From positions 310,001 to 374,000 of the forward strand of contig ML978140.1 in NCBI GenBank assembly GCA_010015805.1: a stretch of DNA of 64,000 nucleotides, in the 5' to 3' direction. Shown here one piece after another: positions 52,717 through 64,000 of this stretch. The translations under genes were made by a program, and so were the position numbers. A model generated the notes under the pieces. It saw only the letters and a program-made list of their open reading frames with translations, did not search any database and was not told the DNA's origin. The stretch is from Rhizodiscina lignyota. Taxonomy: Eukaryota. Positions within the stretch are counted from its first letter, which is position 1; each line of letters begins with the position of its first letter.

Positions 52717-55245
52717 TTAAAACTTCGACAACACACCTCTAACACTCCCATCCAGCACGACATGTCCCGGAATGACCAACTCGCTAAACCCAGCATCGCC
52801 ATCACCCTCATGACTCAACCACTTCTGCAGCAGATCATTGCTCTCCTTCGGCTTGATGTTCGAGCTCGCCGTGCCAATCGTAACGTGCGGCACCTTATTC
52901 ACGCTCTGCCACTGCTCTCCCTGATCCTCGTTCAACAGTCTCGCCACGACGCACATGAGCCGGTTGTCCCAAACGACGCGCTCGAGCATGACGTTGCAAG
53001 TGCCGAGCTCCGGCTCCGGGTAGCCTGACTTTGGTGGATCCTTCTTCATCGCGTCGTCGAAGGCTCGCTCGTGGATGGCGGCGAGCCGATCCCATAGTTC
53101 TTGATGCTGCGCTGCGCTGGCCTTGTGGATGAGCGTGACGTGGAATTCGGACTGTACACGGCGGGTTTGCTGGAGCTGTCGGAACAGGCGTGCGGTGGCA
53201 GCATCCTTATCGCTGAAGCAGGCTTCAACGATTGAGTTGACGCGGGATGCAGGGAGACGGACGGCAAAGAATTCGAGTTTGGGTTGTTTCTTAGCAGGGA
53301 CGGGTTCGGGTACGGATCCGTATTCAGCTCCGTTCTGGTCTCTGGATTGAGCGCGCTCGAGTTGTCGTTGCATTTGAACCTGCGTCTGGCGGTCTTTGCC
53401 GCCCTTGTTCTTGTTACCGCCACGGAAGCCGAGGTCGTGCTTGATATCGGGTTTGTAGTCGTTGAGTGCTGCTTCGATCGCGTTGTCGAGATCGTCTGCT
53501 GTAGGCATGTCGCGGAATAGCTTGGGGTACTCTTGGTGCAGCTTCGTGACGATCGTTTCGAGATTGTCCCTCGAAGACGCGGTAACGTCGAGATCAATCG
53601 TAAAGTCAAACGCGTCATCTGGAGACTCGCTCATATCGAGGGGTTGGAAGCGATACAGGAAGCCTTCCATGATTTCGATTACCGCACCCGAGCCCTTGGC
53701 ATTCGCTTGAATTGTCTGATGGTTATCTCCTCTGCTCAAGACGCGCTCTTGCATTACCCTGCGAATCTCATTGTAGTTTGAGCGATCATGGACCCAATGT
53801 AAAGCAACATAGTGTGCATTCGGGATGATCTTGCCGACCTCGTCGAAGATTTGCTGTCGCTCCCGCTTCTGGTGGTTGTTCTTGTCCGCGATGACCACCT
53901 GCTCTTGGCCGAGAGCAGTGCAGATGGCCTGAGCGAAGCGCTCCATTCGTCTTTGCTTGCCCTGAATGTTGTCGTTCTGCACATGGCCCCATTGAAAGAG
54001 TTTGACCAGAGCAAGAGCAACTGTAGTTTTGCCGCATCCGATCGTGGCAATAGGAACTAGTACGACATTGCTTGTGACATCTCCTGACGCGACCTCTCCA
54101 TTCTCAATCTCTTGTCGAATGATGTCGGCACCATTTACACCTCTGTCCGCCAAAAAATCGTTCCGCAGAGCAATAATCCCGTGATTCTGGTTGTAGAGCT
54201 TGGTCAGATGGGGCTCTTTGACGAAGCGTCGACGTGCGTAGAGAAGGTAGTCCTCCGTGATCTTCTTGTGCTTCTTTATCTTAGGAGACTTTCCGGCGAT
54301 CACTGCTTTTGTGCACTCTCGCCATTGCCGGTACATTAGATACGGCTCCTCGAACTTGTACTTGAAAAACCAATCCTCCCATGGACTATCAGCAGTCTCT
54401 CTTGCTTGACAACGTATCACGAAGCCCTCCGTCTCGCGACCCGCATACGAGCCAGTCTCAGCAACCTTGTCGAGAAACTCTTTGACTTGGTGGATGTCGT
54501 CTTCCATGACGTACATCGTCTTCTTGAAGCCCCACTCGTCGGCGAATTGGTCAACGAGATGTCCAGGGTATGTCGCAAATGTAGGAAGGTTGAGGTTGAT
54601 ACCGTGGAGATAGAGGCCTGCTGCCTCTGGAGTATACGCAAGGACATGCTCCTCGAAGTCATCATCGCAGAGTTCTGCAACGGCCGTGGCATTCATCTCG
54701 CGAAGCTTTCGTGCCAGGTCCTCTTTGGTCTTGCCGACCTGAGCCAAGTGCTTCTCGACCCATCGCTCTCCGGCTGCAGCATGGCTGACATCTATATCTG
54801 ACCTCTCACCCGTGGAATGCTTGCTGCAGACCAGCAGCGTGTCGTCGTCCATGCCAGCCATGAATATGATGCACCCATTCTCCTTGACGCTCAGCTCGTA
54901 CGGTCCTCTTGTGTTCTTCTCCACATTCCTCCACTCCGTCTTGCGCACTTCGCCAGTATTGAAGAACTTGTCATATCCTCTGACTACGATCTGTGGATCG
55001 CCTTTGGAGTTCTTGCACGTGAATAGGCCGCGGGCATAGGTAATGAGGTTGGGTTTCTTGTAGTCCCAGTCTTGCATTCGCCAGGAATCCACAGTGCGTC
55101 CAGTTGGGAGGTGAAATGTGCTCTTTTTGACAGAGAAGCCGCCTTTGCCTCTGCCCTTCTTCTGATGTGCCTCCAGGCCCTGAACCATCATTCTGACCTC
55201 GTGCACATCCTGGGCGGCATAGGGAGCCTTCTCGCGGTGAGCCAT
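52717..55245 (-). CDS. TRL1: Fungal trifunctional tRNA ligase (ligase-kinase-cyclic phosphodiesterase)
   Basis: RGYDKFFN, SVKENG, EGFVIR and FFKYKFEEPY (ligase); IATIGCGKTT (kinase); FHVTL and PHVTIG (2H phosphodiesterase). Confidence 0.96.
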   Translation of the reverse strand: MAHREKAPYAAQDVHEVRMMVQGLEAHQKKGRGKGGFSVKKSTFHLPTGRTVDSWRMQDWDYKKPNLITYARGLFTCKNSKGDPQIVVRGYDKFFNTGEVRKTEWRNVEKNTRGPYELSVKENGCIIFMAGMDDDTLLVCSKHSTGERSDIDVSHAAAGERWVEKHLAQVGKTKEDLARKLREMNATAVAELCDDDFEEHVLAYTPEAAGLYLHGINLNLPTFATYPGHLVDQFADEWGFKKTMYVMEDDIHQVKEFLDKVAETGSYAGRETEGFVIRCQARETADSPWEDWFFKYKFEEPYLMYRQWRECTKAVIAGKSPKIKKHKKITEDYLLYARRRFVKEPHLTKLYNQNHGIIALRNDFLADRGVNGADIIRQEIENGEVASGDVTSNVVLVPIATIGCGKTTVALALVKLFQWGHVQNDNIQGKQRRMERFAQAICTALGQEQVVIADKNNHQKRERQQIFDEVGKIIPNAHYVALHWVHDRSNYNEIRRVMQERVLSRGDNHQTIQANAKGSGAVIEIMEGFLYRFQPLDMSESPDDAFDFTIDLDVTASSRDNLETIVTKLHQEYPKLFRDMPTADDLDNAIEAALNDYKPDIKHDLGFRGGNKNKGGKDRQTQVQMQRQLERAQSRDQNGAEYGSVPEPVPAKKQPKLEFFAVRLPASRVNSIVEACFSDKDAATARLFRQLQQTRRVQSEFHVTLIHKASAAQHQELWDRLAAIHERAFDDAMKKDPPKSGYPEPELGTCNVMLERVVWDNRLMCVVARLLNEDQGEQWQSVNKVPHVTIGTASSNIKPKESNDLLQKWLSHEGDGDAGFSELVIPGHVVLDGSVRGVLSKF

Positions 55246-55827
55246 AGCTGCAATTTTGTAATTGAAGAGTCGTCGGTGTTAGCTGGAGGTGATAAGATGT
55301 TAGCAATATTTACAAAGAGGTAGTTTTCGACCTTCAGAAGGATACTGCGACAGAGCAAATAATTGTGGCAGCAGCAGCCCAGTGCAACTCAGCCGTGTTA
55401 AATCGCCAAGATGAGTCACGTTGCCTTGATAGACACTGTGTGACCGTGAATGGGAATTACCACGACTGAATAGCACCGCCTTCAACGCTGATTCCAAAGC
55501 GTCTAGCGGTGTTCGAGTCACAATTTGAGGCTGATGATGTCGACAGGCATTCTCAAACTTCGCCCCAAGTGCCTGGAGCTCGATGTCGAGTCGGAAAGTG
55601 CCGTGTTAAGCGAGAGGCCATCGACAGGGGGACCGCGGCTTCCTTCAGCCCTATCTCTACTGCACTTTAGCCTGAATATCCTTGCCAAGAGATTTATTGT
55701 GGATTTTATCGTTATCCGTCACGCTTATTCTATCCAAATCGTTTCTAGCTAATGCATGGTATCAACGAAGCTGATACGGAAGGTAAGCCCTCAAGCAAAG
55801 CTCTCCAAGTGCGCCGCCTGCTACCAT

Positions 55828-56896
55828 CTACTCGTCGTCGCCGAAGAAGACACGGACCGGGAGCCACGCATCACCGCACACCTTAAACCGCTCTGGCAAG
55901 CTGCTGATCGCCTTGAACTCGTCGTCTTCCAGCTTCCATCCGTCAAGCTCAAAGTTCGCCTCGATTCTAGAAGCAGTGACGCTCTTTGGGATGACATCAG
56001 TTCCACGCATGAGACCCCACATAAGCCTAGAGTGCTGTCAGTGCCTTTCCTTCCGATCGATGCTGGGATACGACTCACAGTATCTGCTGGACCGTCTTGC
56101 CCTTGCCCTCGGCAATCTTCTTGAGTTTGTCGTTCTTGTAGAGAGGCGAGTCGGTCGAGCCCAGGCAAGAGTACGCGGTGCAGTGAATGCCCTTAGACTT
56201 GCAGTACTCGACCAACTTGGGGGATGGGTTGTTCGGATGCAACTCGATCTGATTCGTTGCGGGTACAGTCTTGCAAGACGGGTCGTTCAGGAGCTTCTCG
56301 AGGTTCTTAATAGCGAAGTTGGAGACACCGATATTCTTCACGCGACCAGATGCCGGCAGCTTCTGCATCGCCTCCCTAGCGTTTTCATCAACCAAAGTTC
56401 TCAATTGACATTTCCTTTTGGTCCTTACCATGTCTTCACAAAGTCCCAGTCGGGCAGATGCTTCTTCAGGTTGTTCGGGTCTGTGGATGACGGCCAGTGC
56501 TGTAATTGGTTAGAGCTCCGTCGCCTTGCATTATAGGCAAAATCCACCCACCATGAGGTAAAGATCAACATAGTCGAGCCCCAACGAATTCAAGGAAGAC
56601 GTAATTCCCTCCTCAGTGATGTGATGCCATGTGTTATCGAGCTTCGTCGTAACCCATATCTCTTCACGTGGAACGCCAGAGTCCTTGATTCCAAGGCCGA
56701 CCTCTTTCTCGTTGCCATAGGCCAGAGCGGTATCAATGTACCTGTAACCCTTCTGCAATGCAACCTTGACAGCCTCGCGGACCTCGCCAGGCTTAGACTG
56801 CCAGGTTCCAAGACCAACGGCGGGGATCTTATCACCTGTGTTCAGAGTGAAATGGTGCTTTGTCCATTTGAGGTCTTGGGCGATCTCGACGGCCAT
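55828..56896 (-). CDS. Aldo-keto reductase, GCY1/YPR1-like (NADP glycerol dehydrogenase family)
   Basis: IPAVGLGTWQ, YIDTALAYGNE, VTTKL, YVDLYLMHWP, IGVSNF, NQIELHP and VIPKS; three introns. Confidence 0.92.
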
Positions 56897-57306
56897 TGTG
56901 AGACAAGATGAGAGTTTCTAAGGTGGCGAGCAGAAAGCGAGAAGACTGGAAGGAATGCAGGAGATTTTTGTCGCGAGAGATTCAAGGGCGCGACGCGTTT
57001 TTATCTGCAAATCCATTGATCGGCGGCAAAATTAGTTGCTCATGACGATACGTGGGGCAGATGGACCGCGCTCCGGGAGAAATGGCAACGAGTGCCTGCA
57101 TTGAAAACACGACTCGCATTTACCCGCTCCATACACAACTCTCGCTCAAACCGCTGCTACCGGCGTGGCACGAGGCATCCAAGATAGCTGCCTCCCTTTT
57201 CTGCAACACGTCCTGCATTGATCCTTTCGGCTATCTGCGCCGGCTGCTTGACAGCTCGTAGCTCCCCCTGTCTGCACCGAGGTCTTCCGATCTAGATGCC
57301 GGCACC

Positions 57307-58108
57307 ATGTCACGCTTCGTCCCAGCTGGCACGCTCGAGGAGCCTGTGAACCGAGACGAGGAATGGGCGAAGGCCCAGCAGGATATTGAGGCTAATCGGA
57401 AGCAAAAGGAAGAAGAGGGGAAGCAGGAGGGTGGCAAGTCGCTGTACGAGGTACTTCAGGCAAACAAAGGTAGGGCGCATTCCGCAACCGCTCCACTTAA
57501 TGAGCTATATTAAGGCTTACGTAGCGTCTCTCGTTTGATGCAATACAGCCGCGAAGCAGGACGCATTTGAAGAGAAGATTCGCTTCCAAAATCAGTTCAG
57601 ATCTCTTGATGAGGATGACGTCGACTTTCTCGACTCCGTTCTAGAGTCGACGCGTGCCAAGGAGGCTGCCGTTCGCAAAGAAACATCAGAACAGCTCGAG
57701 GAGTTCAAGAGGAAGCAGGAGGAAGCAGATAAGGCAAATGCTACTCAGGCAGATAGTGGCAGTCCGGAACTGGAGCAAGAGCATTGGACAGTGCACCCGA
57801 GAAAGCGCAAAAAGAGCCATGTGAAGGAGAATCCGCTCGGCTTGAAGCTTCGCAAGACTTCATCAGCAGGCGATATATCCAGCACAAAGGCTAGCGCATA
57901 TGATTCTGAAGCAAAGGAGCCAGAGGATATCGATGTAGCCGCCAAGAGTGCTTCCAGCCAAAGCAAGTCTCTCACGGGGGGCGATGCGAAGTCCAAACAG
58001 TCTCCTCCACCACCAGCCACGGCTTCCACTGCTACCAAAAAGTCCCCCTCACTGTCTGCGAAAGGTCTTGGTCTTGGAGCGTATTCTTCAGACGAAGACG
58101 ATGAGTAG
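57307..58108 (+). CDS. FYV6: FAM192A/NIP30/Fyv6-family nuclear splicing protein
   Basis: MSRFV..KSLYEVLQANK, intron 57470-57548, AAKQDAFEE..NQFRSLDEDDVDFLD; C-terminus LGLGAYSSDEDDE*. Confidence 0.88.
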
Positions 58109-58361
58109 GACAGCGAGCGATTTCCAACTTATGGACATGTGGCAAGTTTCAAGCTTTGCGAAAAGCATATGATATTATATTACATCGAATCTAGGTCTGC
58201 ACAAGCTGCCCTTACTGCCTGTGAAAGGCTTTAGTCTCGGGACGTTATTCTCAGATGAGGACGATGAGAAGCACAACGGGTGATTCTGGTCTCATGGAAG
58301 TATGGCAAGTTCCAAGCTTTGCGAAGGGGTGACAATGCCAGATTACGTCAATTCTAGGTCT
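58036..58361 (+). repeat. Diverged tandem duplication, 2 x 163 bp, covering the FYV6 C-terminal codons and 3'UTR
   Basis: Constant 163-bp offset: gaaagg 58060/58223, ggcaagtt 58141/58304, ctaggtct 58191/58354. Confidence 0.85.
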
Positions 58362-58926
58362 AGCAAATGAGATACACCCATCAGAATATGAAAATGAATC
58401 CCTCTATAAGTAATCCGTGATGAATTCTTGCTGCATCGTTCTTTGTTTCGCCCACCAGTCAAGGCTGTCTTGGCAGACACCGGCCCCACTTTTCCACCTC
58501 CAGCTTCGGCCGTCCGTGGAAGGTAATGAGAAATTCGAACGCCAGGACTTTGTTCGAAATACTGTGCTGAGTGTCTCCTATAGAATCAGATCTGGGATTT
58601 GGGCTTGGTCATGCTTTCCCTGTCGAGTATTGTGCTGTACGCAAGCGGAAAGTGGTCGCAAGACACTGTTGTCCTTCAATGAATACCAGGCAGCCGAACA
58701 AGTCTTTGACGCCAGGCTGGCAGAGCAATCTCCTTTCTGGAACGTTCCTTTATTATTCCTAGCCTGCTACACTCACGTTCCTCCACCACACAGAGCTTGA
58801 CTTCCTGCAACATCTGGATCAGGACTCCTCTACTCCGGATATTCCGACACCCCCAAATATCAAATTCCATGGTATCCTACAGATAAAGCACCAAGGTGTT
58901 CGCCCCCGGGGCAACTCGAACTGGGG

Positions 58927-60894
58927 ATGCGCAAGCGTAGGAGATCTTCCGTTGCTCAAAACAAGGTCGTGCTCCGGAGCCCTAAGAAGGGCAAAAATGG
59001 CGCTCCAGCAGCGATCGAGGAGAGTTCGACGAGTCACGGCCATACGACAAAGACCAAGCCGCGGCCAGTTCAGATTCGACGCCCGCTACAAGTCCATGAG
59101 CAGCGCCAGAAGCTCCGAGCGCGCGTAAAGCACTCCCGCCGAGAAGCTACGAATCAGAAGAAGCTGCAGAGGACGCTGCAACAGGCTGGCAGGAGCTTCA
59201 CCGGCTCTGATATCCACCCCATTACTATGATCTCATGGCTTGCCTCGGAGGAACCATTCCACGCGGATATGCTGAGAGATGCCTACACCGGAGACGTCAA
59301 AGGAATGCCGGGAGCAGAGGCGGCAGCTCTCGCCGCCGATATGGAGACGCTGGTGGAACAGTTCAAGAACACGGATCTGTCTAACACGAGCCTGCTGGCC
59401 AATCCCTTGATAGACATTCCGAAGGGGTTTGCTATGCAGCTGCAGCTGGTGTGCTTTTCACAGGACTACGGTGCGGTGATTGCGGAAATGCACAAGCGCG
59501 AGGGAGCCATCTACCACATGGGCTTCATGAAAAAGCCGGGCACTCAGACTCAGCGGAAGTATGGATTCGACCCTACGGAGATGCTGAAGAAGCATGCAAT
59601 CTCGTTTCCGCCAGGTTACGGTCTTCAGAGCCCCACTCTCGACAATGAAATCCATCCTCTCCTCCAGCTGGATAACTTCCACGGCTGTCCATCCGACATA
59701 TACGATCAACTCAAGCCAGGACTCCGCCTTGCAACCACGCTGCTCCTCCATCGCTCGACAGCTCACTTTTGGCATACAATCGCATTTGGCGAGCGCACTC
59801 TCGACGAGGCAATGACACTGACCAACGGCTATCGGTGCTTCCGTCTCGCTTCAACCCTCCCATACAGCTCCGAGAACGCAACGCGCTTCGTCAACCTGCT
59901 CAACTCGCTCGTTTCCACCGTGCACATCCACTTCTCCCTCTGGCCTCTCCCAGCACGATCCGGCCTCTACGCCGGCATGTCCATGATCACCGACTACAAG
60001 CGCGGCGACAAGTACTACAACCCGTTCACCATGGAGCGCGAGCTGCAGCGCAAATGCCGCATCTGCCTGCACACCGACTTCTACACGACGGCCGCGCGGC
60101 TCGCGAAGCTGCGCAACCCGGATCGCAGCTTGGTGCTGCGCTTCAACTTCTTCCTCGCCATCACCGTGTGCCACGAGCTCGCGCACTTCGTCGAGATGAA
60201 CGGCCCGCATGAGGGCGCGGCGGTGCAGCGCGAGGCGTACTGGGGCAAGAAGGGCAGCCGGCCAGAGATGGGCAGCGCGTTTGAGGAGGCGGTGTTTGGC
60301 GGCAAGGTGCATCCGATTGCGTCGCGGGTGGACTGCGCGTGGGGCTGCACGGTGTACGATAATCCGGACTCGATAGTCAGGCCCAGGCGCGATCTGATGG
60401 ACCATTTCGACGCGGAGGCGGATGATGCCCGGAAGGGGCGAAAGAGAGCGTCGAGCGACGCGAACCTCGCCTTGCTGTGTGACCTGACGAAGTTTTCTAC
60501 TGTGCCGATGACGTACATTGCTCGTCTGCAGCAGCGGGAGACGTGGGAAGCGGGAAAGTTTGACGAGGACGATTTGGATGCTGGAAAGGCTTTGATCATT
60601 CCACGAGATGGCGCCGAAGCAGTCAGCGTGCCGGTTTTCGATACGATGGTGTGGGACGACGACATCGGCAACACGGTTACCGATGAGAATGAGGGTAGAG
60701 ATACCCCATTTCAACGACTGCCCGATGGCAGTATCGTCAAGTTTCAGGCACCGAAGCTGGAGAAGCCCAAGTCTGCTGATGTCGCGATGGACGGACTGGG
60801 TTTGCATTTAGAAGTGGAAATGGACGAGGAAGAGGACCAGGACCAGGAGTCGGAATCGGAATCGGACTCGGACGTGGAAGTGAAAGTGGAATAA
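58927..60894 (+). CDS. Hypothetical protein with an HExxH zincin-like motif, basic N-terminus and acidic tail
   Basis: 655-codon intronless ORF with coding-like codon usage; FFLAITVCHELAHFVE followed by EAYWG..PEMGSAFEEAVFGG. Confidence 0.8.
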   Translation: MRKRRRSSVAQNKVVLRSPKKGKNGAPAAIEESSTSHGHTTKTKPRPVQIRRPLQVHEQRQKLRARVKHSRREATNQKKLQRTLQQAGRSFTGSDIHPITMISWLASEEPFHADMLRDAYTGDVKGMPGAEAAALAADMETLVEQFKNTDLSNTSLLANPLIDIPKGFAMQLQLVCFSQDYGAVIAEMHKREGAIYHMGFMKKPGTQTQRKYGFDPTEMLKKHAISFPPGYGLQSPTLDNEIHPLLQLDNFHGCPSDIYDQLKPGLRLATTLLLHRSTAHFWHTIAFGERTLDEAMTLTNGYRCFRLASTLPYSSENATRFVNLLNSLVSTVHIHFSLWPLPARSGLYAGMSMITDYKRGDKYYNPFTMERELQRKCRICLHTDFYTTAARLAKLRNPDRSLVLRFNFFLAITVCHELAHFVEMNGPHEGAAVQREAYWGKKGSRPEMGSAFEEAVFGGKVHPIASRVDCAWGCTVYDNPDSIVRPRRDLMDHFDAEADDARKGRKRASSDANLALLCDLTKFSTVPMTYIARLQQRETWEAGKFDEDDLDAGKALIIPRDGAEAVSVPVFDTMVWDDDIGNTVTDENEGRDTPFQRLPDGSIVKFQAPKLEKPKSADVAMDGLGLHLEVEMDEEEDQDQESESESDSDVEVKVE

Positions 60895-61178
60895 GACTGT
60901 GATGGTCGGTATTTGTCCTGGTTAGGCTGATGCCCGTTGGATCTGATCGGGCCTGACGAACGGATTTCGTTGGAAATGAGAAATGTCGGGCGTGACAGCG
61001 CCGTATGCATCAAGGCAGTTAAAAATTATGACAACCAGCCATGGGACTTCTGGTTCTTAAAATCTCGTTCGTGCCAGTCGTCGTGCATCCTGCTTGAGTT
61101 AGGCGCCCGCTTCTCGACCGTCGCCGTGCCACATGCAACCCACTTAGTTGCAGACGTATCTTACAATAAATGCCCCAT

Positions 61179-61884
61179 CTACAACCTCCCCTTCTCCTTC
61201 TCCTTCTCCTTCTCTTCCCTCCCCCTCTCATACCCCCTCACCTCCTCCGCCAGCACCCTCCTCATCTCCTCCGCCAGCTTCTCCCCCTCCTCGTCGTCCA
61301 GATCCTCCCTCTGGCCCCTTCCAAACATCGTCCAGCTCCTGCTCTTCAGCTCGGGCACGTGTCCCGGGCGCGGGATGATGTGGAAGTGCACGTGCGGCAC
61401 CACCTGCGCGGCGCGGATGCCGTTGTTCTGCACGATGTTGTAGTCCGTGACCCCCGTGACTTTTGCGACAGTTTTGGCGAGCAGCGGGAGCCAGAATCCT
61501 GGGCGGAGGGTTAGACACGCATTTCAATGAAAGACGGATGTAGGTGCGCAGAGTGAAGAATTGCATACCGACGTCAGAGCTCTCCTCCGGCTGCATGTCC
61601 GCGACTTTCTCCCGATGCGGCCGGCAGGTGACGAGCAGGTGGCCTTCGGTCATGGGCATGATGTCCAGGAAGGCCATCACGTTGGGCGCGGAGAGCACGA
61701 GGCAGCAGCTTGGTTGGAGTTTGGTGATGTCTGGATTGGACGGGATGGATGAAGAAAGCGCGGGCGATGTCGATGTGGGAGATTGTGAGCTTGACGAAGG
61801 TACGGACGGCGAATATGGATATGCGGATGCGATGCTGCAGAATGCGCAGGAAATAGGGTACGGGTCTTCGAGTACGTCCGTCAT
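61179..61884 (-). CDS. HIT (histidine triad) family nucleotide hydrolase, Hint-like
   Basis: CAFCSIA, AFLDIMPMTEGHLLV, intron 61499-61568, YNIVQNNG..QVVPHVHFHIIPR. Confidence 0.92.
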
Positions 61885-62748
61885 GTTCACTCTAATTCTA
61901 GCGCGACTTTTAATTGAAATGGAAAATTCTATTTGATTGATGAGACACGCAAAGAAAAGAAGCGTAGCTACGTATCGATGTTTTCGGATTTCGATATCGA
62001 AATCCCCGGCAGACCTCGGCTTGTCGATCAGCCGGGGTGCTGCGTCTCAGTCAGTGCAGGAAGCGATCAAGTCATCTAGAGTCACGACCGCAACATGAAT
62101 AAAATTCGTTCAAGGAAATCAGATTGTTCTCTACCCGTTATGAACATAATTCCGTTGATCCAATGCCCCGTTTGTGCGTGACGTGTGATACTCCGAGCAA
62201 CACCGAGAGCCGACCATTAGGATATCGAAACAGGAAAAAACAAGACGTCTTCAGCTTCCATCCCAGCAGCCAGGGCGATAGCCATCGCGAACCCAAAAAC
62301 GATGTAGACGCGCGCACAGAGCCGGAATGCTCGTCGCAGCAGAAATACAATGTTAGAATCCGAGAATGGCGGTGCCTCGAAGATGTCACGTATCCGTCGT
62401 GGGCAACAAGGACTGCGACTCACGACTAAGACACGAAGACACTCGACAGTGGATGAAAGAGAATTCTCCAACGAGAGTAACTAGCTCTGCTGAAAGAATG
62501 AGACGCCATCTGAGCTGCTGCCAGCTAAGCCCAGTGAAGTAAAAGCAAAGTAGACAAATTTGGGGAATGATGCACCGATGAAAACCCAGAACGCCATATT
62601 TTTGCTGTCATGACAAAGACACTGATGATGTGGATCGGGGGAGAGGTAGGTACACTGGGTGCAAGAGTGCAGAGGGTGGTCCGGGGCTTCTGTGTATTGT
62701 GTCCTCCTCAGGCATTCCCCGTGCTCATGGTAGAGCGATCCAGGCCGT

Positions 62749-64000
62749 TTAAGAGACATATTCGTCGTGATGCTCCTTGACCCACTGTCGCAGGAGGATG
62801 GAGGCTGTTAAATAGTTAGAATTGCTGAGTGATAAGGGATAGTAAGGCACTGACCTTTCATAAACTTCTTGCTGGCATACTTCTTGAAGAAGGCTTCGTG
62901 AGCGACGGGACCATGGAGATAGTCGATCATCAGCTCCAAGACAGGTCGAATCTGCTCCTCTGAGTAACCAGCGTAATGAGCAAGGGTGGGATCCTAGTAA
63001 ATGTGTAAGTCAGCCTGATTCTACTAGGTGAAGGACAGATGTCCTTACCCATTCGCCCTTCTCGAGCACAAGGCGCGCGAAGTACATCGCAGCTGCGGCA
63101 ATTTGGCTCGAGGGATATTGCATAAAGCGGTAATCGAGACAGCCAATCTCGAGGAGATATTTGCCAAGAGTACGCGTGTTGATGTCGTAGTTGTCAGCTT
63201 TGGAGATCCTCCGGAGGAAATTCATCGGGTTCGGGTGGCTGAGGTCATAGTCCAGGGTGGAAAGGATGAAGCGCTCGGCATCGAGAATGTCTTGCTCCGT
63301 GAAGCCGTCGTCGCCGGTGACGTGTCTAAAGTTCTGCACGTGTGGCGAAAGGACTTCCTCATACTTTGAGGCGATGAACATGGCGGTTATTCCCACCAGT
63401 TGCAGCTTGTCCAACTGAACGACCTTGCAAGAGAGGAAACGATCGATGATGTTGACGGCAAGGAACATCGTCTCAGGAAGGAGCCGGAAGCGCGTGTGAA
63501 CCTCAAGCAGCCAATCGACGAGGATGCCTCGCATCTTCCACTCCAGCTCTGGCTGATTGTCAATGTAGTCGGGGTTGGCCATGGTCGTCTGCTCAAGCTC
63601 GCGAAGGTACTCGAAGATCTCGCCAACATACTCCGACACCATCAAAGGGTCGTCGTGGTCGTCTGCATCGAGGTCAGGGATCATCTCATCCTTCTCCGCA
63701 ACCTCTTCGATGAGCTTGGCTTCAATCTCTTCTTCGACGACATCCTTCTCCACCTTAACGGTCTTTGTGACCTCGACAGTAGTCTTCTTCGACGGTGGCT
63801 CGACGTTTTCATCTTCTTGAAGGGTCTCTTGCACAACCGACTTTGAACTTGAGGATGATGCAGTGTGTCGCTTCTTCGTCGCGTGGCCGGCAATGCCTGA
63901 CCCACTTGCCGGGCGCTTCAAGTCTGACGCAGCAGTGTTCTTGTCCTTTGAACTTAGTATGGAACGCGTAGAGGCTTGACGAGACACCTTCTGGACTCGC
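62749..64000 (-). CDS. G2/mitotic B-type cyclin (NimE/Cdc13-like), 5' end outside the window
   Basis: DPLMVSEY, cyclin box MRGILVDWL, LQLVGITAMFIASKYEE, NFLRRISKADNYD and KKYASKKFMKAS. Introns 62994-63048 and 62805-62854; stop at 62749. Confidence 0.95.

Noticed and set aside
59851..60807. Long antisense ORF (318 aa) and similar shadow ORFs over GC-rich genes
   Set aside because: Explained by codon bias on the opposite coding strand.

Overview
Eukaryotic, intron-containing DNA from a filamentous ascomycete (short GT..CTRAC..YAG introns; a Dothideomycete is plausible but only inferred). Housekeeping genes fill both ends: DPP3, Cus2/Tat-SF1, an ammonium transporter, Ssk2 MAPKKK, ARG1 and ERV29/SURF4 on the left; TRL1, an aldo-keto reductase, FYV6/FAM192A, a HIT protein and cyclin B on the right. 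Between them (about 29.2-52.5 kb) is an accessory-looking block. It holds a compact five-gene biosynthetic cluster (highly reducing PKS KS-AT-DH-CMeT-ER-KR-ACP, secreted FAD-linked oxidase, FSH1/LovG-type serine hydrolase, family-1 UDP-glycosyltransferase, MFS pump) that probably makes a glycosylated methylated polyketide, followed by a NACHT-ankyrin NLR gene with two frameshifts. Also notable: a secreted protein with four 8-Cys repeats separated by dibasic (Kex2-type) sites, an allantoate-permease-family gene broken at a (CG)7 tract, and a 163-bp tandem duplication of the FYV6 3' end. All annotation was done by eye from motifs and splice signals; no database searches were run.
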